Below, in pieces: positions 47,698 through 58,000 of a stretch of 64,000 nt of DNA. The DNA comes from a virus, in IMG/VR virus record IMGVR_UViG_3300017792_000017, positions 64,001 to 128,000 of that record; one strand, 5' to 3'. The notes under the pieces are model-generated. The model saw only the letters and a list, made by a program, of their open reading frames with translations, did no database searches and was not told where the DNA came from. The first letter of the stretch is position 1. Each line of letters begins with the position of its first letter. A program made the position numbers and the translations under genes.

Positions 47698-48867
47698 TTA
47701 ACCGTGGCTGGTAATTTTAAGCGGAGTGTTTTCGTTGATTTCGCCACTCTTCAGAGCTTCGAGAGCATCTGCCTCTGTTGCGAATTCACGAGGAGCTTGA
47801 GTCGTATCTGGCTCCGTGATTGCCATAGATCCAATAACTGCTTCGTGACCAGGAGCTACCATTGAAGCGCCTTGACCTTTACGATAGTCGTAAATGTGTT
47901 GTTGAGGCAGAAGCTTTTGTTTAGCTTCTTCAACTGCTTCAGGAGTCATCGGTACGTGTAAAGTCAAAGCGTCGCCATCGAAGTCACCTGCATACATAGG
48001 AAGGTGAAGTGGGTTAATACCAAGCGTCTTACCTTCAATTGGTACAGGGAAGTGAGCCGTAATGTTTGTTCTCATAAGAGTCGGAGCACGGTTAAGAATT
48101 ACCGGAACCTGCTTAATCATCTTATTGAAACTATTCGTTGCAGCAACGTCACGCTTTTCTACAGCCTTTCTAGCAGCAATCCAATCATAACCATTACGAA
48201 CCAAGTCACGAATAATGTGGAACTCATACATGGTCCACAGCATATCTTTTGGTGCGGCTACTTCATTAAAGCCAAGATTAGGCTCTGCATAAATCGTTGC
48301 TCGACCTGAGAAGTCTTGTTTCTTCTTTAGGAGCTTATTATGGAAGAAACCGCCCTTCGGACCAGTGTCTCCAGAAATTTGTTGAATATAACCTTTAAGC
48401 TCTTTACCACGAGCGCTTCCTGAAACAGCATCGCCAAGACCAAAAATAGCCTTGACTCCGTTATACGCATCTTTACGTTCATTTACTAGTTGATCGTGAG
48501 TCAGGTCATCCTTAATGTCCTTCAACGAATTGTTGATGGTCATGTGGTCACGATAAAGCGTATTTACGTCAGCAAACTCAATACGGTTTCCACCCATAGG
48601 AATACTAGGTCGAACAAGAGGAGGAGTGACTGGAATATTGTGAAGCACATATGCCGTCTCTGGTCTCAAATCGACTTTTTTTAGCCCGGCTAAGTACTTG
48701 ATTTTCTTTATAATTGCATCTCTCTTAGACGGAGATTTAGTTTCCTTAATCTCAGCCTTGAGTGCGTTAAGTTGCACATCTACATCGATGGTTGATAGCA
48801 TCTGATGGAATGCATCGCCTGAAACCGCTAGGGTATCTGGATCTACTGGGTCGTTTGGTTTGCTCAT
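47698..48867 (-). CDS. rpoC: phage RNA polymerase beta' subunit, catalytic middle part
   Basis: IPVTPPLVRP, KKQDFSGRATI, VILNRAPTL, YAGDFDGD (NADFDGD variant). Confidence 0.92.
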   Translation of the reverse strand: MSKPNDPVDPDTLAVSGDAFHQMLSTIDVDVQLNALKAEIKETKSPSKRDAIIKKIKYLAGLKKVDLRPETAYVLHNIPVTPPLVRPSIPMGGNRIEFADVNTLYRDHMTINNSLKDIKDDLTHDQLVNERKDAYNGVKAIFGLGDAVSGSARGKELKGYIQQISGDTGPKGGFFHNKLLKKKQDFSGRATIYAEPNLGFNEVAAPKDMLWTMYEFHIIRDLVRNGYDWIAARKAVEKRDVAATNSFNKMIKQVPVILNRAPTLMRTNITAHFPVPIEGKTLGINPLHLPMYAGDFDGDALTLHVPMTPEAVEEAKQKLLPQQHIYDYRKGQGASMVAPGHEAVIGSMAITEPDTTQAPREFATEADALEALKSGEINENTPLKITSHG

Positions 48868-48885
48868 GATTCCAATTTTAAGATG

Positions 48886-49515
48886 TTAGCGGTTCGTCAT
48901 TACTGTTCTTCTTGCTCTAGCAGGGCCGGTATATGCTGCATTCAAGTATTTTGCCGCGCCTATCCATACGTTTCCGCCTCCTCCAGAATCAGCTTGAGTA
49001 AGAGTTATATCAAGCTTAAGAGTTTGCTTTGGAGAATTTGCACTGTATGTAATGGTAGAAAACCAATATCCAGTGTTTTGTGTCAATGCTTGGTTTTGAG
49101 TAAGCACTGGAGCACTCCCGTCAGAAAGAGTAGCTACCAATCTCGAAGCGCCACTTGAAACTCCCCAATATATAACCGCTGTTCTGGGAGTAGTATCTGC
49201 AGGAAATGAAATACTAAACCCCTGACCAGGAATAGAGTTGCTAGCAGGAGCTACATAAGCACCTTCCCGTCTAGTGGTTCCAGATGCTAAAGGAGTTCCG
49301 CCTGTCCAAGTATATCCTAAGCCGAAGTTGAAGCCAGCAAATGAAGCGTTTGTACCTAGGATAGTAGGTAGACTTATCGTTGAACCAGCGCCGCTTTTGC
49401 GATTAGGTGCAGTGGCTGATTGTGGAAATTCTATCCAGTCTGTCTGATTGGGAGTCGTAAGATTGTATACTTCAGTTCCCGTAGCTGTTGTAACTGAACC
49501 GCTTAAAGTACCCAT
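48886..49515 (-). CDS. tail-fibre-associated beta-sandwich protein
   Basis: Thr/Ser/Gly rich; follows fibre genes. Confidence 0.55.
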   Translation of the reverse strand: MGTLSGSVTTATGTEVYNLTTPNQTDWIEFPQSATAPNRKSGAGSTISLPTILGTNASFAGFNFGLGYTWTGGTPLASGTTRREGAYVAPASNSIPGQGFSISFPADTTPRTAVIYWGVSSGASRLVATLSDGSAPVLTQNQALTQNTGYWFSTITYSANSPKQTLKLDITLTQADSGGGGNVWIGAAKYLNAAYTGPARARRTVMTNR

Positions 49516-50048
49516 TATAATAGAGTTCCTACTAGATTAAAACGAATGTTTGCAAGAGTAGCATCCGCAGTTGCAGGTCCTACGATTTCGAAAATATCGT
49601 CTATTGCAAAGTTTACGCCGGAAGCAAAAGTAAGGGTTGCTACTATTCCGCTTGCTGCGAATACGGCAGTTCCTATTGAAGTTCCATTCTTAGTAAAGGT
49701 TATAGTTGTGGAAGCAGTTGCTGCAACTTTGGAATCAACTTTACTTCCAGTTAATCCTGAGGGTAAAGAAAATGCACGACGTATATTTATTGAAGTTAAG
49801 GTTTCTGCATTAGCCATACTCCCCTGCACAAACATAATAACGTCGAAAGGTATGCTCCCTCCCCCACCAGAAACATTGATAGTGACATCTCCTGTTCCGG
49901 CATCAGCTCCCGTTGAACTAAACGTAACGCCAGTACCAGCAATCACCTTAGTTATAAGTGCGCTTCCTGCTGTAGTAGTATTTAGATCTGTCCTTAAGAT
50001 AGATCCATCTGCGCCTTGTGCTCCAAGATTAAGCTGTGTACGTGCCAT
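49515..50048 (-). CDS. tail-fibre-associated protein
   Basis: KVIAGTGVT...TGDVTINVSGGGG fibre-like motif. Confidence 0.6.
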   Translation of the reverse strand: MARTQLNLGAQGADGSILRTDLNTTTAGSALITKVIAGTGVTFSSTGADAGTGDVTINVSGGGGSIPFDVIMFVQGSMANAETLTSINIRRAFSLPSGLTGSKVDSKVAATASTTITFTKNGTSIGTAVFAASGIVATLTFASGVNFAIDDIFEIVGPATADATLANIRFNLVGTLL

Positions 50049-50288
50049 TTATTTTCTCGTTTTACGTTCTGGCTGAATCATTTCTTTCAGCTCTGTATTA
50101 GACTGTTCTAATTTTAGAATTCTTTCTTTTAGATGGCTGATTAATTCTGCATCCTGTAGAACTCTTTGTGTAAGACGTTCCTTCTGAATTTCTAACATCC
50201 ATACGTTAGAATATAAAACGCCCAGCTCGTTTTGCATCTTTCCGAGCCAGGCGTCTTGTTCTGGTGCCATTCGAGTGTTATTCGTCAT
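50049..50288 (-). CDS. small coiled-coil protein (possible fibre chaperone)
   Basis: Heptad pattern; within fibre operon. Confidence 0.55.
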   Translation of the reverse strand: MTNNTRMAPEQDAWLGKMQNELGVLYSNVWMLEIQKERLTQRVLQDAELISHLKERILKLEQSNTELKEMIQPERKTRK

Positions 50289-51382
50289 TTCCAGTAATAT
50301 GCTCTTAGCTTGTCTCCGGTTAACGGAGCGAACAGCATAGTGATAGCTGTTCCGCTAATAGTATAATCGTTTCCTGCACCCGGTTCAAGTAGCATACCGT
50401 TTAAGAACAGTTCAAGCGAATTAACTTGTGGAGCATTTGCAAGTGCAAACGATGTGTTTGAGCCGTTAATAGAACCAGTAGGTGTTTCATTGTTTACTTG
50501 GTTACCATATTTCAAGAAGCCAGTACCAGCAACGTTATTTACTGTCATTGCACCAGCAGTAGAAATGGTTACATCACCAGAAGCACTAACCCAAGCAGGT
50601 TGATTGGAACCGTTGGATACAATAAGTTGACCAGAAGTACTTGAAGCAGTAATTCCTACTCCGCCTGCAGCAACTGTTAATAGTCCACCGCTTGCAGCAA
50701 CAACTTGAACATTGTTAGAGCCGTCGAAGCCAAGACCGTTACCGTTCTTAATAGCGAAGGTAACACCAGTTAAACTAAGACCTTGACCATTGCTATATGA
50801 AGTGCCTGAGGTGTCTTGTGACCAAGCTGTTGACGTTGTGTCAACTGTAATGTTTATTGCCGTGGTACAGAACCACTTAGAGTTCTTATATGTTGTGCCT
50901 TCTGGCTCAACTAGAACGTAAGCGCCTTCTTTCTGTGAACTTGCTGCAGCCCAGTCAGCAGGCCGAGTCCATGCACCTACAGCTACAACCCAAAGACCAT
51001 TCTGTGAACCAGTAGTCTGTGCAGTTGCAAGAACACGGTCACCTGCTACAAGAGAAACTCCGTCAATAGTCTGAGTTCCACTTAACGTAATATTTGAAGC
51101 GGCAAGTGCTCTAGCTGCGTTCTTAAAGCTTAGACCGTTAGCTAAAGCGTCAACGTATGATTTGCTAGCTACGTCTGATCCGTTCGTTGGAATACCTACG
51201 TTGGTAATCGAAAAACCGCCCATATTAAGAGAAGCGGCCATAGCAACAGTGCCTGTCGAACGAATAAATGAGGCACCGTCTTGGAGTTGAGATGTTGGAA
51301 GATTGAGGCCGGATACAAGCGCTGAAGCTGGAATAGATCCAGCCATTATCTGTGAACCGCCCCGGATTAATGTTTGAGCCAT
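50285..51382 (-). CDS. tail fibre / head-fibre-like protein
   Basis: DVASKSYVD, LSGTQTIDGVSLVAGDRVL..Q...QNGLW, ETPTGSINGSNTSF motifs common in phage fibres. Confidence 0.75.
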   Translation of the reverse strand: MAQTLIRGGSQIMAGSIPASALVSGLNLPTSQLQDGASFIRSTGTVAMAASLNMGGFSITNVGIPTNGSDVASKSYVDALANGLSFKNAARALAASNITLSGTQTIDGVSLVAGDRVLATAQTTGSQNGLWVVAVGAWTRPADWAAASSQKEGAYVLVEPEGTTYKNSKWFCTTAINITVDTTSTAWSQDTSGTSYSNGQGLSLTGVTFAIKNGNGLGFDGSNNVQVVAASGGLLTVAAGGVGITASSTSGQLIVSNGSNQPAWVSASGDVTISTAGAMTVNNVAGTGFLKYGNQVNNETPTGSINGSNTSFALANAPQVNSLELFLNGMLLEPGAGNDYTISGTAITMLFAPLTGDKLRAYYWK

Positions 51383-51455
51383 TTGTGGCTCTCCTTTTTA
51401 AAAGAGGCCCGATAGTAGCTGGACCTTAGCTTACAAACTGTATTTTAACTTTTGC

Positions 51456-51824
51456 TTATTTTATATAAGTCAGCATAATAAGGTCCCCGGCATACAGATC
51501 TAAATCTTCTGGTAGTATAAGGACGTTACTAACTACTTCATAACAAGTTCTGGATTGGAGAAATCCATTTATAAACAACATTGTTCCTAGCGTAGGAACA
51601 TCTGGTAAAGATAAATTTTGTGCACCATCAAAAGCCAGAGTAAACTCGGCTTGTTCTAGGGTAAACGATGATGGTGAACTGTCTCTTTCTTGTGTTGGAG
51701 GAGCTACAACTCCCACCGGAGTAGTGGGAGGAGTAGTTACTATCTGATCAATATCATAGTCATCATCCACAATATCTGTAAGATCAGATAGCCCCCTTAT
51801 AAACCTATTGGGATTCGTGATCAT
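51456..51824 (-). CDS. small virion-type protein
   Basis: C-terminal LFINGFLQ...Y...GD motif similar to end of the fibre protein. Confidence 0.55.
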   Translation of the reverse strand: MITNPNRFIRGLSDLTDIVDDDYDIDQIVTTPPTTPVGVVAPPTQERDSSPSSFTLEQAEFTLAFDGAQNLSLPDVPTLGTMLFINGFLQSRTCYEVVSNVLILPEDLDLYAGDLIMLTYIK

Positions 51825-54800
51825 TATGCCCTTCCGCTTCGCTACTTATGTTAGCACTATTCACTTTTATAGTTTTAATGTGCTGACCGTTAGACGTATT
51901 GTGCAGGGCAAATGAACCATCATCCAACTTCTTGATACCTATTGAGCCTTGGATAATACCATCATATTCGCTTGACTTTAGACCTAGCAGACTCTTGATA
52001 GGACGTTCAAACACTGGGTTTGGAAGAGCTTCAGCTAGTTCGTAGTGAGTCCAGTTCTTACCCTTCAATCCACCAGTTGTACCTGGGTCATAAAGACCAC
52101 CTTTTTCAGGCTCAAGGTTCTTGGCACTTAGAAGTTCAGGTGACTTAATTACACCATTTGACATTCCGATAATATCTTGATCGGTAAGCGGTGACGCTGT
52201 AAGCTTTCCGTTATCAATACTTGTCTTAATACCTGCACCTTTAAGATAATCGAGAAACTTCTCGGTAGCAAAGGTCATACGTGGCTTTGGAAGAGCCTGA
52301 CCGAACTTAAATTTCGTCCAGTATTCTGAGTTTTCCTGAGACTTAAGCGTTGCAATTTCTTTAAGGTTCTTACGAGCATTAGAGCCAAGAAGACCAAGCA
52401 TTTCCATGTAGCCAACTGATTTAGAACCTTCTTCACCGCCCTTGGTAGGTTGCAGTACGTTATCGTAGCCACCCGTATTCCGAGCAGACCAGTTTTGGTC
52501 AGTAGTTTTGTACAACTTCAGAAAGTACTGAGGGCCTGTAAGAATCTTGCCAAGGTCTTTACCAGTCTTCGGATCAACCATCATGTCAGTATCACTTACG
52601 CCTGCTGCATCTAGTTCTCTCTTTAGATCAGAAACGTTACTGTTCTTGCTGAAGTTGTGAACCATGTATGTCTTGCCAGTAACTTTAGCAAGTTTACCAG
52701 CAGCAGTTTCCATTAGCTGTCCAAGGTTAATACGAGAAGTAACAGAAGCAGGGTTCAAAAGAATATCAACTGGTTGACCAGATTCTTTCTTATAAGGCAT
52801 TTCATTGTCATTAAGAATCTTTGAAACGATACCTTTATTACCGTGCAGGCCTGTCAGCTTATCTCCAATTTCAAGAGGTTTTACTGAACGCACTAGAAGA
52901 CGAATATTCTTACCTTCTGTGTGTGCATCAACTACTGTGCCGTTCTCTTCGTGGGTCCATAGTTCTGAAGCAATACGGAATGGATTAACGAGTGACTTGT
53001 GAAGCCGAGCCAACATTCTGTCTTCAGAAGTAGGTTCACGTTTTTCAAGTACAGCATATACCGGATCGCCATGATTAAGAACTGCACCAACCTTAGCAAA
53101 ACCACGTTCATCCAATTTTTCAAGCTGTTCTTTCGTGAACTTGCCAGAAAAGTGTCTTACCAGCAGAGTCTTGCTCATAGTAGAGATTGGCTGTACAGAG
53201 TAGTCAACCTTATAAGCGTGATGGCTGCTAAGACTATCGGCACATGAACGGCTAATAACCAAGCCGTCTTCGTGGTTGTAGCCTTTATATGGCATGTACG
53301 CTACTTCAAGGTTCTTACCAAGAGCCAACTCTCCGTCAACCGTATAGTTGTTATCAGAGATAGGCTGGCCTTCCTTCACTTTGTCACCGACCTTAACGAG
53401 AGGTTTTTCATCATCAAGGAAACCCTTCATGTTGAATGGAAGATTCTTAACGAGGTCTACTTTGTGAGTCCTACCATCATCGTCTTTAATATGAATCTGT
53501 GACTTAGTGATGTGCGAAATGCTTCCTGCAACAGGAGAAACAGTGCTAATAACGTTGCCGATAGCTTTTGAAAAACTTACGCCTTGACCATTTACTGTCT
53601 GTACAAGTGGCTTTTCACGTTCTACAAGTGACAGTGCCTGAGGAATAGCTTTACCGGCCATCGTTAGACGACCTGGGTGATTACTGTTCAGGAACGGCAC
53701 GAGGTTAGTCGTAATAGTGTACATGTCAGTTGTATCTGCCAGCCAGTAATCAACTTGGCTTACTGGAACTTCTTTAAGTGCACCACGAACCTGAGCTTGC
53801 ACAGTCTTCTTCCCTTCTTGATGTGGGAAACCAATTGTGCTTGTCATCATTTCTTGGACTGACAAATAGTGTTGCTTGCCCTGTTTATCAAGAACTCGTG
53901 AATAGAGATTACCACTATCATCACGACGAGCAGAAATAGTGAAACGTTGGTCAATACCAGCGTGACCAGATTCAGGAGTACGACTCGGATCGATAATGCC
54001 AAGGTGTGACGGATCGATGTCTCGTGCTGACATAGGTACGCCACGGTCTGAAGCAATACCGCCTTCACCTGCACCTAATACAGTGACCTTTCCAACGCTT
54101 TCCAGACTCTCTAGCGGGTTCGTTTCCGAAGGGGTAGATACCAGGTTAGAGTCGATGATGTAGCCCGTCATAACCTTGTTAAAGGGCTTGCTGACCACTA
54201 CGTCACGTACAGACGGATTCTTAGTCTTGTCTAGTCCAGCTAACAGCTTACGACGAATGCTTGGAAGCATTTCGTGCTTGCTGAAACGAGTACGGATGAA
54301 ATCAGGCAGATTCTGAACACGCTTAAATTGCAGAGAATCTCGATTATCTTCCTCACGGTCACCTGAGTGAACCTGTACAAGATTACGCATTGCACGGAGA
54401 ATGGTTTCTGAATTTACAGCACCAAGTGACTTACCAAGCGTAACCAGAGTTGTCTGAGGAGAAAGTGATGATGCCTCCATTGATTCACGGAGTTGCATGA
54501 TCTTTTCTTCAAGACTTGCAGTAGGCTTTTGCTTACCAGTAGATACAAGTTTGGCGTATAGATCGTTAATGATCTTTTGTTCTTTACCTGCTGAAGAAGC
54601 TAGATTAGCTTCCCAAACCTGAGTAGGTACGTATTGACTTACTTCTTTTGGGCCAATGCCAAAAACTCTTGAAACCAGAGGTCCAAGAGGAATACTTGAA
54701 GACGAGCTTGCAGGATGAACTGAAAACTGGAATGTCTGTGGATCAAGCGTAATTGAGAAGCTTCGACCAGAACCAGTGTTGAAGTGGGATTCTAGTTCAC

Positions 54801-55206
54801 CAGTTTCCTTACTACGAGTGTAAACACCAGGATTAAGCTGGAGCTGGTTAGCAACTGAGTAGTTATTACCCTTGTAAAGCATTGTGTGCTTTGGAGTAAT
54901 GTGGAATGCATCCATCAGTGAGAAGTTCTTATTCTCATCAATAACTTTACCAGTAACTTTGTCAATAAGCTTAATGTGGCCCTTGATTGGATATGCAAGA
55001 GACTTTGACTTAAGAATTGCATCCTTTTCGTCAAGGTGAGTGAATTCCTTAGGCTCTGTACGAAGATCCTCAAGAGTAAGAATGTAGTTCTTACCCTCGA
55101 TAGGGAATTGAGAAGCGATGCCCTGCATTAAGGAAGCGTCAACTCTTGTGCGCATTTCCTTAGGTGATGAAAAGATAAGTTGTAAATTATCGGCTGGTGT
55201 CGGCAT
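51805..55206 (-). CDS. rpoB: phage RNA polymerase beta subunit fused to the N-terminal segment of beta'
   Basis: RDIDPSHLG.IDPSRTPE, LVPFL, LALGKNL.VAYMP..GYNHED, GDKLTGLHGNKG, DILLNP..V.SR.NLGQ, G.ME; then beta'-like EPEKGGLYD and WTHYELAE. Confidence 0.92.
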   Translation of the reverse strand: MPTPADNLQLIFSSPKEMRTRVDASLMQGIASQFPIEGKNYILTLEDLRTEPKEFTHLDEKDAILKSKSLAYPIKGHIKLIDKVTGKVIDENKNFSLMDAFHITPKHTMLYKGNNYSVANQLQLNPGVYTRSKETGELESHFNTGSGRSFSITLDPQTFQFSVHPASSSSSIPLGPLVSRVFGIGPKEVSQYVPTQVWEANLASSAGKEQKIINDLYAKLVSTGKQKPTASLEEKIMQLRESMEASSLSPQTTLVTLGKSLGAVNSETILRAMRNLVQVHSGDREEDNRDSLQFKRVQNLPDFIRTRFSKHEMLPSIRRKLLAGLDKTKNPSVRDVVVSKPFNKVMTGYIIDSNLVSTPSETNPLESLESVGKVTVLGAGEGGIASDRGVPMSARDIDPSHLGIIDPSRTPESGHAGIDQRFTISARRDDSGNLYSRVLDKQGKQHYLSVQEMMTSTIGFPHQEGKKTVQAQVRGALKEVPVSQVDYWLADTTDMYTITTNLVPFLNSNHPGRLTMAGKAIPQALSLVEREKPLVQTVNGQGVSFSKAIGNVISTVSPVAGSISHITKSQIHIKDDDGRTHKVDLVKNLPFNMKGFLDDEKPLVKVGDKVKEGQPISDNNYTVDGELALGKNLEVAYMPYKGYNHEDGLVISRSCADSLSSHHAYKVDYSVQPISTMSKTLLVRHFSGKFTKEQLEKLDERGFAKVGAVLNHGDPVYAVLEKREPTSEDRMLARLHKSLVNPFRIASELWTHEENGTVVDAHTEGKNIRLLVRSVKPLEIGDKLTGLHGNKGIVSKILNDNEMPYKKESGQPVDILLNPASVTSRINLGQLMETAAGKLAKVTGKTYMVHNFSKNSNVSDLKRELDAAGVSDTDMMVDPKTGKDLGKILTGPQYFLKLYKTTDQNWSARNTGGYDNVLQPTKGGEEGSKSVGYMEMLGLLGSNARKNLKEIATLKSQENSEYWTKFKFGQALPKPRMTFATEKFLDYLKGAGIKTSIDNGKLTASPLTDQDIIGMSNGVIKSPELLSAKNLEPEKGGLYDPGTTGGLKGKNWTHYELAEALPNPVFERPIKSLLGLKSSEYDGIIQGSIGIKKLDDGSFALHNTSNGQHIKTIKVNSANISSEAEGHNDHESQ

Positions 55207-55483
55207 CTCGTGTCTCTAATTCCAGGTAGCTTACTACCATATAGTATTTATCCATGAAGGTGAATTTATCCTTCGTCAGGATAATAACCCCTTGTCCCTT
55301 AACTGCTTTTGTTTCAATGATTTCAAGCTCTGCTCTTGAGCCTGGGTCCATAATATCTATTTGAGCGTATCTAACTCTGTAGTTATTAAAATCACCTTCA
55401 TCAACCTGTTTCGGGCCGAAGCCCGGAAACGTAATTGGTTCAGAAGGACTGAGTCCATTTGTAACGCCGTCTTTTGAAGCCAT
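55187..55483 (-). CDS. hypothetical late protein
   Basis: Between portal and RNAP gene; AAGGA RBS. Confidence 0.7.
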   Translation of the reverse strand: MASKDGVTNGLSPSEPITFPGFGPKQVDEGDFNNYRVRYAQIDIMDPGSRAELEIIETKAVKGQGVIILTKDKFTFMDKYYMVVSYLELETRDADTSR

Positions 55484-55496
55484 TTATTATCCTTTC

Positions 55497-57395
55497 TTAC
55501 TGTTGTTCAGCAGGGCCGCTAGAAGTATCGTTTTGCTTCTCTTCTCCAGATCCATTTTGATGTTCTGGACTACCGGCCCCATTTGTTGGTTCGTCAGCAG
55601 CCTTTTCTTCTCCGCCTGGCCCGGCCGGTGCTTGCTGACCCGGTTGTCCTGGAATCGGTTTACCATCCGGTCCAACCTGTTGCATAGCCATTTGGGCCTG
55701 CTGATTTTCTGCGTACTCTTCAAGAAGTTTAGCGACGAGCATGAACATCGCATAATCTTCTAATTTTAGACGGTTAAGTATAGCACGTTTCGTACCATCG
55801 TCAGCAGTATAAAGCTGTTCAGCAATTTGCTGAGCCTTAGCTAGAGCTGTTTTATAGTCGTTGTTACGGTCAAACGAATCCCCAGTTTCACGAGCAGCCA
55901 AGTACGTGCTTTGATCAACTTCGAGCTTCGTCTTAACTTCGCTAACAGCACGAGAAATAGCATCTTCACGCATCTTGTCAAGCTCTTCGCCAAAGTTCAT
56001 ACCGAAGGATTCGTACAGGCTTGACAGTGAACCATTGTTTGACTGAACTGCTTGGATAAGCATTTGTTGTAGATTCAGGTCGTCAGTTAGCTTGAACGGT
56101 GCAAGATCAACATCACAAGTCTCAAGGTTCAGGTACTTTGATACACGAGCCATGATCCAAGTAATAAGATCGGCAATCTGACCGGTATAGCAAAGCATAG
56201 TATTTTCTAACAGACGAAGTCCAGTCGTTGAACTAGTCCAGTTAGTCGTACCTGCAAGCAACTCTCTCGAAACGCCAAGAGCCAGAAGAATTGAATCTTC
56301 AGCTTGTTGGATTTCAGAAGCTACGAGAAGACTCTTGCCTTCACCGCTAATAGCTTGGTAACCGATAGGTACTGGCGCAACTACAACGTGGTTATTGTCT
56401 TGCTTATGCTTGACCAAATTAGCCTGCATACGTTCTACGAAGTTACGTAGACTGATCTGTGACACAGGATCGCTGTTAGCTGTCTGAGCTTGCGGGAAAA
56501 TCACACGAAGCGGAGACATAAAGTCAGTAGCTACAGACTCGTTTGCTTTACGAAGCGTTGCCTGATAGAAAACAAGGTAGAATAGTGAAATAAGCGGAGG
56601 TACGGCAACGCCATTAATCTGTTGGCCTGCGGATAGATTCTGCAAGTGGAACAGATTATTCTTATCGAACTTGAAGTCTTGGTTATTCTTTACAGCTTCA
56701 ATAAATCCCCACGGAACACTGTTCACGAATAGCTTATCCCCTTCACGAACTTTACGTTTAACGTCGTTTGGAATCTTGTAGAAGTATTCGTATTCGCCAG
56801 TGATAGGGTTGAAGTTAACGTTGATATTGATCGGATCCCATTGAATCAGATTCATATCTTCCACGTTCATTGACTTAGCGTCTCTACGTGTAAACGTAAC
56901 GCCTTTGGCATCACAGTGAGGGCAGTTACCTACGAATTCGTAGTTTTTGAACTGTGTGAACTCTGCAGCTTTAGCAGAGGTATTACCATTACAAAGTGGG
57001 CAGTGCAGCGTACGGTGAATAGGAAAATAGATAGAGATAAATACGTTACCTACTGTGTAATACTCGAAGCCAATATTGTGAAGCGCTGATTTAAGCTTGA
57101 AACTCTTGAATACTTCTTCGTACTTGCGTTTCGTAGCATCTGATTTTGTACGTACTACAAATTCAGTAATAGGATACGTTGCAAATTTACGGATGACCTC
57201 AGTCGTCACCGGTGATTGAACGGTGATGTACTTAGCCCATCTGATTACATCGTGAAGATTTCTCGGTAAGAATTGATTCGAGACCGAGAACCAAGGACTC
57301 CCTGCAGTTGCAAAATTGCCTGCTCCCGGCAGCTGACCGGAAGTTCCTGGAATAGGAGGAGGTTGGTATGGTACGTAAAAGCCGTTATTTGACAT
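55497..57395 (-). CDS. probable portal protein with Zn-ribbon insertion
   Basis: 632 aa; layout (GNVFI, FHLQN..., ILLALGVSRELL, Gln/Pro-rich tail) consistent with portals; CPLC...CPHC insertion; TAAAATA at 57422. Confidence 0.6.
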   Translation of the reverse strand: MSNNGFYVPYQPPPIPGTSGQLPGAGNFATAGSPWFSVSNQFLPRNLHDVIRWAKYITVQSPVTTEVIRKFATYPITEFVVRTKSDATKRKYEEVFKSFKLKSALHNIGFEYYTVGNVFISIYFPIHRTLHCPLCNGNTSAKAAEFTQFKNYEFVGNCPHCDAKGVTFTRRDAKSMNVEDMNLIQWDPININVNFNPITGEYEYFYKIPNDVKRKVREGDKLFVNSVPWGFIEAVKNNQDFKFDKNNLFHLQNLSAGQQINGVAVPPLISLFYLVFYQATLRKANESVATDFMSPLRVIFPQAQTANSDPVSQISLRNFVERMQANLVKHKQDNNHVVVAPVPIGYQAISGEGKSLLVASEIQQAEDSILLALGVSRELLAGTTNWTSSTTGLRLLENTMLCYTGQIADLITWIMARVSKYLNLETCDVDLAPFKLTDDLNLQQMLIQAVQSNNGSLSSLYESFGMNFGEELDKMREDAISRAVSEVKTKLEVDQSTYLAARETGDSFDRNNDYKTALAKAQQIAEQLYTADDGTKRAILNRLKLEDYAMFMLVAKLLEEYAENQQAQMAMQQVGPDGKPIPGQPGQQAPAGPGGEEKAADEPTNGAGSPEHQNGSGEEKQNDTSSGPAEQQ

Positions 57396-57625
57396 GTCTT
57401 GGCCAGATTAATAGATAACCGTATTTTAAACTGACCCCTGATCCAAGTCAAATGGTAAAAATTCAATTTTCCGGGGTCACTCTTGGTATAAGTAAAGTAC
57501 CGGGAAACAGTATCGTTTTGATTAGTCGAACGATATTCAATTTTCAGGGTCGCAGCTTGGTATAAGTGCTGTGTAATAATATTGTAGTTTCCTCCCGAAA
57601 TCAAAATCCTTTAAGGAGCAACATC

Positions 57626-58000
57626 ATGACGACGCAAAAACCGGAAGCAGGCAAGAACGAAGCAGGCAAGAACGAAGAAACGCTGTCGAACGACGAGCTT
57701 CGCCAGGCTCGTGAACGCTCGGAAGAGCTGGAAGCAGAGAACCGCCGTCTCAAGTCGGAAGCGCTCCGTGCCAAGAAGGCAGCCGGTCGCTACGAAGATG
57801 CTGCGGCGATCATCGAAGGCGAAAGCCGCGTCGGTGCATTCTTCCGCCACATGAACCGCTCGGTTCTGGCAGCAGGAAGCATCGTCGTCGGAGCTGCTCT
57901 CGGCGTCGGTGGTACGGTGCTGGTGCAAAGCCGCATGAACCGCACGGTCGTCGGTACCACGGGTTCGGACAATCCCGAATTCCACGTCACGGCAGAGTAA
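57626..58000 (+). CDS. coiled-coil protein with C-terminal Gly-rich TM segment
   Basis: AAGGAG RBS; two TGGTATAAG motifs upstream (57483, 57557); GC-richer codons. Confidence 0.75.
   Translation: MTTQKPEAGKNEAGKNEETLSNDELRQARERSEELEAENRRLKSEALRAKKAAGRYEDAAAIIEGESRVGAFFRHMNRSVLAAGSIVVGAALGVGGTVLVQSRMNRTVVGTTGSDNPEFHVTAE

Noticed and set aside
38600-48867. Split beta' explained by an intron, intein or pseudogenisation
   Set aside because: Each piece has its own start, stop and late-type motif; motifs continue across the break; intervening DNA holds ordinary genes on both strands
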